Shown here one piece after another: positions 1 to 7,693 of a stretch of 30,240 bases of DNA. Position 1 is the stretch's first letter, and the number at the start of each line of letters is the position of its first letter. This stretch comes from Bacteroidota bacterium. GTDB lineage: Bacteria; Bacillota; Limnochordia; Limnochordales; DUMU01. A program made the position numbers and the translations under genes. The stretch covers positions 1-30,240 of the forward strand of contig JBLNBY010000122.1 of assembly GCA_050260295.1 (NCBI GenBank), read 5' to 3'. The notes below the pieces were generated by a model. The model did no database searches, was not told the DNA's origin, and saw only the letters and a program-made list of their open reading frames with translations.

Positions 1-250
1 AGGGGAATACGCTGCGGGCGTCGGCCACCCATACCCCCTGGGATACCAATTCCTGCAACACGGGAGTGTCATACATGATCAGATAGTCGGGGCGAAAGCC
101 ATCCAACATGATCATGATCACATGCTCCGGACGGGGCGAGAACCCGACCGCCTCGGCAGCTTCCACCCGTCCGCCGGGTCCGCTGATGGCCACAGATGCT
201 GCCACGAATGCCAACGACAGGCTCAGAGCCCTGGCTGTATACCTTTCCAC
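1..250 (-). CDS. Alkaline phosphatase superfamily / nucleotide pyrophosphatase-phosphodiesterase (NPP-type), N-terminal part only (truncated by window edge)
   Basis: Not in the ORF track; translated manually from GTG at 250: VERYTARALSLSLAFVAASVAISGPGGRVEAAEAVGFSPRPEHVIMIMLDGFRPDYLIMYDTPVLQELVSQGVWVADARSVFP. It has a signal-peptide-like N-terminus and the family motif (V/I)xxIxLDGFRxDY..TPxL..L...G......SVFP. GAGGG lies upstream as RBS. Confidence 0.85.
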   Translation of the reverse strand, partial: MERYTARALSLSLAFVAASVAISGPGGRVEAAEAVGFSPRPEHVIMIMLDGFRPDYLIMYDTPVLQELVSQGVWVADARSVFP

Positions 251-305
251 AGTTGACCCTCGCTTCCCGATGACTTTCGCTTTCTGCTGCCTCTCACTTC
301 CGGAC

Positions 306-1586
306 CTACAGCGTCGTCTTGCCCCGTTCCTCCTTCTCGGCGATGATGGCCTGCTCGTGGAGCCAATTCATGGCCTGGGTAGGCGCCCACCCGGCGCCGG
401 TCACCAGCTGCCAGGCCTTGCGCAGGAGTTCGTCCCAGAGCTTCGGCGTAACCCAGGGCGTGGGTACGGCTGCCTTGACCGAATTGATCACCGGCCGGTA
501 CAGCGGGTCTTTGAAATACTCGATCTTTTCGAGCTCGGCCTGCCTCACCGGCAGATCACCCGAAGAGACGAAGTACAAAAGCGTGGCTTCCGGCGAGGTG
601 ACGAACCTGATCCACTTGGTGGCTGCTTCCTGGGGAGCTTTCTTGGAAATGACCAGCGCCCAGTTGGTCATGAGCGAGGCACGGGTACCTCCGGCCTGAG
701 CTGGCGGGGCCTCAGTGATGGTAAATTCGGGCACGGGGGTGTCGTTGCGGAAACTGCCGATCATGGCCGGGTGAGCCCAGACCATCCCTAGCGCATCGTT
801 GCGGAAGGCCGTCCAGCGGTTGATGCCCGGATCCTCAACCCTGTACCGCATCACGAGATCGAGAGCGTACTGAAACCCCCGGGCCGCCGCCGGCGTGCTG
901 AAATCGGGCAGGCTCGTAACCTTATTCCATAGAGTTGCCCCCGCCTGGATCATCAACGTCCCCAGTACGGGACCATAGCCACCGGTTGCCACCCCTTCGA
1001 TCTTGGTCTGGCCGCTCGCGTCCCGCTTGTATATCTTCCGGGCATACTCAACTACCTGGTCCCACGTTTCCGGCGGTCTGCGCGTATCGAGCCCCGCCTC
1101 TTCGAAAACGGTGGTGTTATAAAACATAACGATGGTCTGAGCATCGACCGGTAAGGCGTAATACTTGCCTTCCTGCTTGAAGTGGTAAATGGCCGCGGGT
1201 ACGAACTCCTTTTCTATCTCGGCAGCAGTCACCTGTTTCTCATCGAGGGGTTGCAGCGCTTTGGCTGCCCAGTAAACAGGCACGTTGCCCGACCGGACCT
1301 GGAATGTGTCGGGTCCCAGACCCGTCGCCAGCGCGGTCGTAACTTTGGTGAAGTACTCACTCAACTCGTAAAACTGCAGCTTGACCTGAATGTCGGGATT
1401 GCGTTTGTTGAACTCCTCGGCCAGCTTCGTCAATACCGTATCGCGGCCGGCAGACGAATGCTGCCAGTGCTCGATCACGATGGGTTTGGAACTCGCCGCC
1501 CATACGCCAGATGGCACCACAGCGGCAGCGGCCATAACGCCAAGCAGCAACGTTGCTCCCAGATCAGCCCAGCGTCTCCTCGCCAT
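306..1586 (-). CDS. ABC transporter extracellular solute-binding protein, family 1 (carbohydrate/sugar-phosphate type)
   Basis: ORF 306..1691, start trimmed to ATG 1586 (GGGAGG RBS upstream). Signal peptide, then IVIEHW, 'FNKRNPDIQVKL', 'GPDTFQV', 'YYALP....MFYN..VFEEAGL...PPETWD', typical of CUT1 SBPs. Confidence 0.9.
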   Translation of the reverse strand: MARRRWADLGATLLLGVMAAAAVVPSGVWAASSKPIVIEHWQHSSAGRDTVLTKLAEEFNKRNPDIQVKLQFYELSEYFTKVTTALATGLGPDTFQVRSGNVPVYWAAKALQPLDEKQVTAAEIEKEFVPAAIYHFKQEGKYYALPVDAQTIVMFYNTTVFEEAGLDTRRPPETWDQVVEYARKIYKRDASGQTKIEGVATGGYGPVLGTLMIQAGATLWNKVTSLPDFSTPAAARGFQYALDLVMRYRVEDPGINRWTAFRNDALGMVWAHPAMIGSFRNDTPVPEFTITEAPPAQAGGTRASLMTNWALVISKKAPQEAATKWIRFVTSPEATLLYFVSSGDLPVRQAELEKIEYFKDPLYRPVINSVKAAVPTPWVTPKLWDELLRKAWQLVTGAGWAPTQAMNWLHEQAIIAEKEERGKTTL

Positions 1587-1720
1587 AAAGACTGCCTCCC
1601 TTGCATCTCTCCGAGTTGCCAGGCCCGTATGCTGATACCGCCGGATCGTTCGCTCGTATTGTCTGACTACATGCAGGCGACCAAGGGGCACTTCCTAGCG
1701 TTCACCCTCTCTCCGTACAC

Positions 1721-2662
1721 TCACCCCCCTTGCACCGGCGAGGCCGGCAGACTCATCCGGAGATCCGCCACGAGTGGCAAATGATCAGAAACCTGTGTGG
1801 CGATCGTCCGGACCTCACACACTTTGAATTCAGGCGAAGCAAAGATGTAGTCTATCTGAACGTTGGGTTGCCCGTCGGGGGAGTTGTAACGAAAGGTGGG
1901 CATTTCACCCCGGTCCGCCACGAAAGTAGCGGTTACGTTGACAAAGCGGTCGGTTAATGCCACCACTTCGGGGGCGTTCGGACGGTCATTCCAATCGCCC
2001 ATTAGAACGGTCGGCAACCCGGCAGCCAAAAGCTTCTCCCGGATGACGCGAACATGCTGCAACCGCTCCTTGCTGCTCAGCCCCAGATGGGTAACCCCGA
2101 CCTGGACCAGGCCGTCGCCCACCTTGACCTGTGCAACCAAGAGACTCCGGTCCTCGCGGGTGTCAAGGCGGAGCAGGGTCACGCTCTCGCTGTGAACGAT
2201 GGGGAAACGGCTGAGCAGGGCATTGCCATAGCCTGCGTCTGCGCCCAGCAGCGAACCCCGGTGCATGGCAGGAGCAAAGGCAAACTCCATGCCAAGCTCC
2301 TTGGCCAGCCAGGCAGCCTGCTCCACGAATTGGGAGCGGGAGGCCCAATTCTGATCTACTTCCTGCAAACCGACGATGTCCGGCGCTGCCTCTTTGATGA
2401 CCGCCGCCACGCGGGCCAGATCCAGGCGGCCATCAAGCCCCTCGCCATGGCGGATGTTGAATGTCATTACCCGCAAAAGCCTACCCTCCTGACCTAGATC
2501 CTGGCCTTGACCTTGGCGCGACTCCTGCGCCCGTGCCGTCACAGTGCCCTCCCCAAATCCACCGGCACTCCGTATCCCAAGTACCGGTACGAAGCCTATC
2601 AGCAACCCCAAGAACAAGCTGGCCGCCTGCCTGCTTGCGGCCAACACGCCGCTGCACCGCAC
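1721..2662 (-). CDS. Secreted endonuclease/exonuclease/phosphatase (EEP) family metal-dependent phosphodiesterase
   Basis: Motifs MTFNIRHG, DIVGLQEVD, YGNALLSR, VTHL, MGDWN, IDYIF, SDHLPL; hydrophobic N-terminal signal; GAGGAG RBS. Confidence 0.9.
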   Translation of the reverse strand: MRCSGVLAASRQAASLFLGLLIGFVPVLGIRSAGGFGEGTVTARAQESRQGQGQDLGQEGRLLRVMTFNIRHGEGLDGRLDLARVAAVIKEAAPDIVGLQEVDQNWASRSQFVEQAAWLAKELGMEFAFAPAMHRGSLLGADAGYGNALLSRFPIVHSESVTLLRLDTREDRSLLVAQVKVGDGLVQVGVTHLGLSSKERLQHVRVIREKLLAAGLPTVLMGDWNDRPNAPEVVALTDRFVNVTATFVADRGEMPTFRYNSPDGQPNVQIDYIFASPEFKVCEVRTIATQVSDHLPLVADLRMSLPASPVQGG

Positions 2663-2710
2663 TCTCCTCGCTCCCTCCCTGGATCAGGCTCGGACCATGA
2701 CCCGACTCCA

Positions 2711-3949
2711 CTACAAAGACTCCAGTACTCTCGCCCAAAGTGCCGCAGCAGCAGTCTCGCGAAAGAGGGCAACACCTCCCATGAACCTGCCTTCCTCTCC
2801 GAGCGCTCCCACATCCAGGCGGACCGCATCCCGGAAAACCGGCAGGCTGTGATTCCTGACCGCCGCTTGCAGCCGGCCCATCACCCGATCCGGATCCATT
2901 TCGTAGACACTGCCCCCCACCAGGATCAGGTCCGGAGCGAGCAGGTTGACCAGGTTGGCCAGGGCCAGGCCGAGATTGTCGAGAGCCTGATCCACCACCT
3001 GGCGTACCAAAGGGTCTCCAGCCTTCACCGCCCGGGCAAGCTGGTGCAGATCGATCCGGTTGAGGTCGCCCCCGGTGAGGCGGCGCAGTTCGTTTTGCTG
3101 GTCCACCCAGATCAGGCGGGACGCCTGACCGATCAGTCCCGGCTCTGACGCGGTCACTCCCAGACATCCGCGATTGCCACAGCGGCAGGGAGCACCGGAC
3201 GGGTCAACGGTAAAATGGCCGAGTTCACCGGCACTGCCGTGGCTGCCGAGGTACAGGTTTCCGTCGAACACAAGACCCACGCCTATACCCCGGTCAGCCC
3301 ACAGATAGATGAGCCGGCGGGCCTCACGTCCTCGGCCCCAACGGCTTTCGGCCAGCGCCACCAGGTCCACGTCATTGGCGGCCACCACCGGCAACCCTAG
3401 CCTTTCGACAAGGGCGGCGGTCACCGGGACGTCTTTCAGACCCAGCGGTGAGGAAAAGAGGAGACGCCCCGATCGGTCGACCAGTCCTGGTAGAACTAGC
3501 GCCACACCCAGGGGAATCCGGCCTGCCGGCAGACGGTCGATTCCGGCCTGGACCAATTGCGCCAGGCTGGCGACCAGATCGGTACCATCATCCCATGTGC
3601 GCACCTCCACCGCCGGCTCCCCGCAGAATTGACCGCCCAGCGTCAGCCAGCGAGCCTCCAGCAGCCGGTCACCGTGGACTCTCACCACGACCAGCAGATG
3701 CTTGTCACCCGCCAGCGTCAGGACAGTAGGCCGGCGGCCTCCCCGGGAAGGACCTTGGCCCTCGACAGCGACCAACCCCGCCGCAATCAGATCCTGGCTT
3801 ACCTGCCAGACCGCCGCCGCGCTCCAGCCCGTCGTCTCTGCCAATTGCTGGCGGGTCCACCTGGGGCGGGAGGCAATCAGCGTGAAGAGTCGCTGATGGC
3901 GGTTGGTCAAACGGCTCGGGCACAGGCGTGCTTCAGCGGTCTCAGCCAT
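2711..3949 (-). CDS. ROK family transcriptional regulator (NagC/XylR-like)
   Basis: N-terminal wHTH (TRQQLAETTGWSAAAV...LIAAGLV...GGRRP); ROK motifs NDVDLVALAE, GIGVGLVFDG, AGELGH, CRCGNRGCL. Start taken at ATG 3949; TTG 4003 is possible. Confidence 0.92.
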   Translation of the reverse strand: MAETAEARLCPSRLTNRHQRLFTLIASRPRWTRQQLAETTGWSAAAVWQVSQDLIAAGLVAVEGQGPSRGGRRPTVLTLAGDKHLLVVVRVHGDRLLEARWLTLGGQFCGEPAVEVRTWDDGTDLVASLAQLVQAGIDRLPAGRIPLGVALVLPGLVDRSGRLLFSSPLGLKDVPVTAALVERLGLPVVAANDVDLVALAESRWGRGREARRLIYLWADRGIGVGLVFDGNLYLGSHGSAGELGHFTVDPSGAPCRCGNRGCLGVTASEPGLIGQASRLIWVDQQNELRRLTGGDLNRIDLHQLARAVKAGDPLVRQVVDQALDNLGLALANLVNLLAPDLILVGGSVYEMDPDRVMGRLQAAVRNHSLPVFRDAVRLDVGALGEEGRFMGGVALFRETAAAALWARVLESL

Positions 3950-4051
3950 GTCATCACTTCCCAAGAGATACTTCGTCTCGTACCATGGACTTCCTTCCAG
4001 CAATTGCGCAAGTTGCTGTTTTTCTACCCCAAAACCCTGACTGTCCCGACA

Positions 4052-4075
4052 ACTTCGTTTGCTTATAAAAAAAGT
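4052..4075. promoter_or_regulatory. Candidate ROK-family operator ACTTcgTTT-N6-AAAaaAAGT
   Basis: Imperfect 24-bp palindrome (7 of 9 outer pairs match) upstream of the ROK gene, resembling ACTT...AAGT sites of Firmicute XylR-type ROK repressors. It overlaps the terminator A/U tract, so it could be coincidental. Confidence 0.35.
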
Positions 4076-4099
4076 CCGTGCTGGCAGTCCAGCACGGAC
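4067..4099 (-). terminator. Rho-independent terminator after the SleB-like hydrolase
   Basis: Perfect 11-bp stem GTCCGTGCTGG / CCAGCACGGAC (4074-4084 / 4089-4099), 4-nt loop, followed by 7 T on the minus strand. Confidence 0.9.
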
Positions 4100-4151
4100 C
4101 AGACGTATCCAGTGAGTCAGTGGAGTAGATTAGTGTTTTCCATGGCCGGGA

Positions 4152-4916
4152 TCAGCGGGCAAACCAATGCTGCCCGATCACCCGAATCACCGGCCGGCTC
4201 CAGACCCATCTGCTGCTACTACGGGCGGGATTCCAGTAGTAGAGTGCCCCGTTGGACGGATCCCACCCCTTGAGCGCCAGAGCGACGGCACGGTAGGCGG
4301 TCTCATCCGGCCTCAGATTGATCTGACCATCCGTTACCGCCTCGAAAGCTCCCGGTTCATAAATGATGTTGGCAATGCGGTCGGGGAACCGTGGGTCGTC
4401 CCGGCGGTTGAGGATGACGGCCGCCACGGCCACCTGGCCTTCCAGGGACTCGCCGCGTGCCTCAGCGTAGACTGCCCGGGCAAGGAGTTCCCAGTCGCTG
4501 GGTGTAAGCCACCCGCGGGCCGGAATCTGAGATCGAGAGCCTTGTGTCTTCGGCGCCTCTCGCTTGGGCTCTATCGGCTGGGCGGTCTGCCCCTGCGGCT
4601 TGGGCTGCGGCTGCAACTGAGACGGTGCCTGCGGGCCAGGCTCCGGTTTAGGCCGCTGCGGCTCGGCCCTTTTCGCTGCTTCCTCAGACTTCGTAGCGGG
4701 TGACACCGGCTTGCCGGACACCTCCATAGCTCTCTGCCGGGGCTGCGCCGGCAGGAACTGGTCGGCAACCAACCGTACCTCACCCGGTGCCGGAAGCCGC
4801 ACTTCCTGAGCCAGAGCGAATACTGGGATCAGGCCCGAGAGTGCCAAGATGCCGGCGAGAAGCGTTGCCGGGCGGCGTTTACCCCCCAACCGTTGGATCA
4901 TCCAACGCATCACCAC
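4152..4916 (-). CDS. SleB-like cell wall hydrolase (Hydrolase_2, lytic transglycosylase) with signal peptide and Pro/Gln-rich linker
   Basis: C-terminal LLARAVYAEARGE (catalytic Glu)...VAVAAVILNR...FP...IYEPGAF...DPSNGALYYWNP...IGQHWFAR. There is no PG_binding_1 domain, only a P/Q/E-rich linker. Start is GTG 4916 or 4913, or ATG 4910, after an AAAGGGGGG RBS. Confidence 0.9.
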   Translation of the reverse strand: MVMRWMIQRLGGKRRPATLLAGILALSGLIPVFALAQEVRLPAPGEVRLVADQFLPAQPRQRAMEVSGKPVSPATKSEEAAKRAEPQRPKPEPGPQAPSQLQPQPKPQGQTAQPIEPKREAPKTQGSRSQIPARGWLTPSDWELLARAVYAEARGESLEGQVAVAAVILNRRDDPRFPDRIANIIYEPGAFEAVTDGQINLRPDETAYRAVALALKGWDPSNGALYYWNPARSSSRWVWSRPVIRVIGQHWFAR

Positions 4917-5024
4917 AACCGTCCCCCCTTTCACTATCGTTCGGACAGGCGTTGGCCCTGTCCGAAACGAAAAGCGGACAGGGCCGCAAAACCTAGATCA
5001 GAATTTTCTGATACTTGCCCGACG

Positions 5025-5053
5025 ATTATATCAGCTTCCGGGGGGATTATCAA
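5025..5053 (-). promoter_or_regulatory. Sigma-A type promoter for the SleB-like hydrolase
   Basis: TTGATA (5053-5048) - 17 nt - TATAAT (5030-5025) on the minus strand. Confidence 0.8.
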
Positions 5054-5128
5054 GAAAGCCTGCCGATAACAACCGCTACGCAGCGGCAGAGGTTGCCGTC
5101 ATACCACACCCAGGTAACCTACGGCAGC

Positions 5129-5797
5129 TCAAAGCGTAAAAACATGGTTACCAATCTCAGCAAGCACCGGACGGGTTGCCCAGTAATCAGGATTTACGGC
5201 GAGGCGCGGATTGTAGAAATAAAGCGCTCCTCCCGTGGGGTCTTCACCTTCGAGCGCTGCCAGGACTGCTTCCCGGGCAAGGCGATCGGGTACCACGCTG
5301 TCGAAGCGACTGGATGCTGCCGGCGGGAATTGGCCGGGCTGGTAGATCACTTCTTTGATCGTGTCAGGGAATTGGGAGGAATTCATCCGGTTGACCACCA
5401 CTGCGGCCACCGCGACCTGGCCTACGTATGGCTCTGCGCCGGCCTCCATTTGTACCAACCGCGCCAGCAGTTCGACTTCTTCAGCATCAACCGGATAGCG
5501 AAGTGAACCGCGGGCTACCAGATCCCGGCGAGGCTCGGGCGAGAGCATCAGCACCTGGCCAACCTTGATGAAATCGGGGTTCGAAATCTTGTTCCAAGCA
5601 ACTATGTCTTTGACAGAGAGGTCATAACGGCGGGCTATTGCTGTAAGCGTATCCCCTGGTTGAACCTGATAGTAACGGGGTGGTGGCTGTGAGTCGCTGG
5701 CGGCCAGCGCGCCTGGCTGTGCCAAGCCAAGGCCGACCACAACTCCCCCTACGAGCAGAGTCATCACACATAGAAGGTGTTTGACCGATCGTGACAC
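5129..5797 (-). CDS. LysM-domain + Hydrolase_2 (SleB-like) cell wall hydrolase
   Basis: Signal peptide; LysM (YQVQPGDTLTAIARRY...LVAWN-like...IKVGQVL); LLARLVQMEAGAE...VAVAAVVVNR...FP...IYQPGQF...DPTGGALYFYNP...IGNHVF; GGAGAGGTGA RBS. Confidence 0.92.
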   Translation of the reverse strand: MSRSVKHLLCVMTLLVGGVVVGLGLAQPGALAASDSQPPPRYYQVQPGDTLTAIARRYDLSVKDIVAWNKISNPDFIKVGQVLMLSPEPRRDLVARGSLRYPVDAEEVELLARLVQMEAGAEPYVGQVAVAAVVVNRMNSSQFPDTIKEVIYQPGQFPPAASSRFDSVVPDRLAREAVLAALEGEDPTGGALYFYNPRLAVNPDYWATRPVLAEIGNHVFTL

Positions 5798-5848
5798 GAG
5801 TCACCTCTCCTATTTTCGCATTCGATGGTCCAAGCAGCCTCGTCCCAT

Positions 5849-5887
5849 TAGTATGCACTCAAGTATGCACTTATCCCCGACGTATGC
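5849..5887 (-). promoter_or_regulatory. Candidate sporulation-sigma (sigma-E/G/K type) promoter region with tandem AGTGCATACT repeats
   Basis: Minus strand reads GCATA...GGATA-AGTGCATACTTG-AGTGCATACTA. CATACTA matches the sigma-G -10. GGATA lies 16 nt upstream, which is sigma-E-like spacing and short for sigma-G. Confidence 0.45.
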
Positions 5888-6073
5888 GGGTGGGAACGGG
5901 TTCACTCTCTGTGGACGAGTCCCAGGGCATCATGGCGCTTCCAATTCGACAGGATCGCCTTGTCTCCTTCTGTCCTCCGGTATTTTCCAGACAGACCGCC
6001 GAACCAGGTCACCCATCTTATGATTTATCCCGGGCAGGCTGGCACTGCAATCAACGCCAGCACCCATTTTGCG

Positions 6074-6976
6074 TCATCCGGGAGGTCTACCCCAACCATC
6101 CAACCTGGCTAACCAGGCATGACGGAGAATCAACTCGGACAAGGATGCCCGCCCGGCGAACCGTTGAAACCATAGCAAAGCCACCACCCCGGCCACCTCG
6201 GCCCAGAAAGGCAGCAAAGCCACCCAGCCTACGCCAAGCAGAAATCCGAGCGGGTTCGCCCCGGTATCTCCCATCATTACTCTTGCCTGGAAATCCCAGG
6301 GGGCATACGTCATCACGGCCGCCATAGCCCAAAGAAGAACTGCTCCCACCTGTGAACCGACGGATGGATGACGGGAGGCAAATGCCAAAGCCGCCAAAGG
6401 CACGAGGGTCACGGCCACAAAGGCCTTGATGGCCCGTCCAGGCCTGATGTCGAACAGGTTGAGGCTATTGGTGGCTAGCGCGAGAAAGAGGGCGGTAACC
6501 ACGGCCGGCACCAAGGCCGGCCCCACGGGCCGCCCGCCCGAAATCCCGGCGACAGCCGCCACGAGGGCGACGAAACCGCCCCCGGCCGCTTTCAAAAGAC
6601 CGGTCGTAAGGAGAGACTCCGCCCGCAAGGCGCGCCAGTGACCGCCCCACCCCCGGTAGGTGTGGTCACCGCACGTGTCGTCCACGAAACCCAGGAATGC
6701 AAGCGTAGAAAGGCTGAATAGCAGGCTCAGACCGATGACGGCGTCGACCACGCCCACCCAAGTCCCCGTTCCAAGAGCAAAGAGCAGCGGTACGACGATC
6801 CCAATGCCCATGGCGGTGGGAAGGGTGCGTCCCTGAAAGTTCCCGGCCATAAGCCCTCCCCGTTCGAGCATCCGTGCCAATACCGGTACCAGCAAGCGGG
6901 TTATCAGCGCGGTTGCGACCGTCAGGAGCAACACCAGACTCCGCCAGCCGTTCACAGGCAGGTCGGCCCCTAACAC
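6074..6976 (-). CDS. MraY/WecA-like polyprenyl-phosphate sugar-1-phosphate transferase (glycosyl transferase family 4), divergent subfamily
   Basis: Multiple TM segments; GFVDD, TNSLNLFDIRPGRA and MMGDTGANPLG motifs. Start trimmed to GTG 6976 (GGAGGAGG RBS, overlapping the GT2 stop). Confidence 0.82.
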   Translation of the reverse strand: MLGADLPVNGWRSLVLLLTVATALITRLLVPVLARMLERGGLMAGNFQGRTLPTAMGIGIVVPLLFALGTGTWVGVVDAVIGLSLLFSLSTLAFLGFVDDTCGDHTYRGWGGHWRALRAESLLTTGLLKAAGGGFVALVAAVAGISGGRPVGPALVPAVVTALFLALATNSLNLFDIRPGRAIKAFVAVTLVPLAALAFASRHPSVGSQVGAVLLWAMAAVMTYAPWDFQARVMMGDTGANPLGFLLGVGWVALLPFWAEVAGVVALLWFQRFAGRASLSELILRHAWLARLDGWGRPPG

Positions 6977-7692
6977 TCCCCTCCTCCTCCGCCGCCGCCG
7001 CCCAGCAGTGCCGCCCGGCGGCAAATCTGGATAGCCCGGCGAATCGCCCACCACTGCTTCGCCCGATGGTATATCCCCCGCCAGTCCCAACCGGTAACCC
7101 GGTGCTGAAAGGCGATGGGCAACTCCATCACCCGAAATCCCTGCTGTAACGAACGAATGGTGAGGGCCACTTCGATTCCGAAGCCATGGGGCAACGGGCC
7201 GACACTATCCCAGAGCGCCCGGCGCAAAGCCCGTTGGCCGGACAGGGGGGAGCGGGGTTGCCAGCCCGTCATCTCCCGAATGGCCCGTGACGCCTCTCTT
7301 ACCGCCAGACCGAAGCCCCCGCCCCGTTTCTGACGCCCCGGAGTGGCAGCCGGCTGCAGGTCAGCGATCACCATGTCGGCAGTTCCCACCAGAACCGGCC
7401 CAAGCAGCATGGGCATGAGGGTCGCACTGCCGCCAAGGTCGGCGTCAACGAAAAGAAGGACATCTCCCTGCGCTTCCCGCACTCCCGCCGCCAGGGCGGC
7501 AGACTTGCCCCGGTTGCGTGGCAGCGAGACGACGCGAGCCCCCGCCGCAGCAGCCTGGACCGCCGTACGGTCTCGTGAACCGTCGTCTACAACGACCACT
7601 TCGTCAATCAGTGGGGATGCCACCAACGCGCGGACGGTGTCTCCCACCCTGCCTTCCTCATTGAAGGCGGGAATCACGGCACTCACACGCAC
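6970..7692 (-). CDS. Glycosyltransferase family 2 (GT-A fold)
   Basis: VIPAFNEE, VVDDGSRDRT, NRGKSAAL, DAD (DxD), SGQRA, FGIEVALT motifs. Confidence 0.92.
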   Translation of the reverse strand: MRVSAVIPAFNEEGRVGDTVRALVASPLIDEVVVVDDGSRDRTAVQAAAAGARVVSLPRNRGKSAALAAGVREAQGDVLLFVDADLGGSATLMPMLLGPVLVGTADMVIADLQPAATPGRQKRGGGFGLAVREASRAIREMTGWQPRSPLSGQRALRRALWDSVGPLPHGFGIEVALTIRSLQQGFRVMELPIAFQHRVTGWDWRGIYHRAKQWWAIRRAIQICRRAALLGGGGGGGGEC

Positions 7693-7693
7693 C

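Noticed and set aside
5061-5115. Small hairpins after the LysM-hydrolase stop (CCGCT/AGCGG, TGCCGT/ACGGCA)
   Set aside because: The stems are short and there is no clear U-tract, so a terminator cannot be called.
5798-6073. c-di-AMP (ydaO) or c-di-GMP riboswitch upstream of the LysM hydrolase
   Set aside because: Expected conserved motifs (e.g. GCTGAA...GGGGAACC...CCGTCAGCTAA, or the GEMM GGxCAAA/GAAA elements) are not visible.
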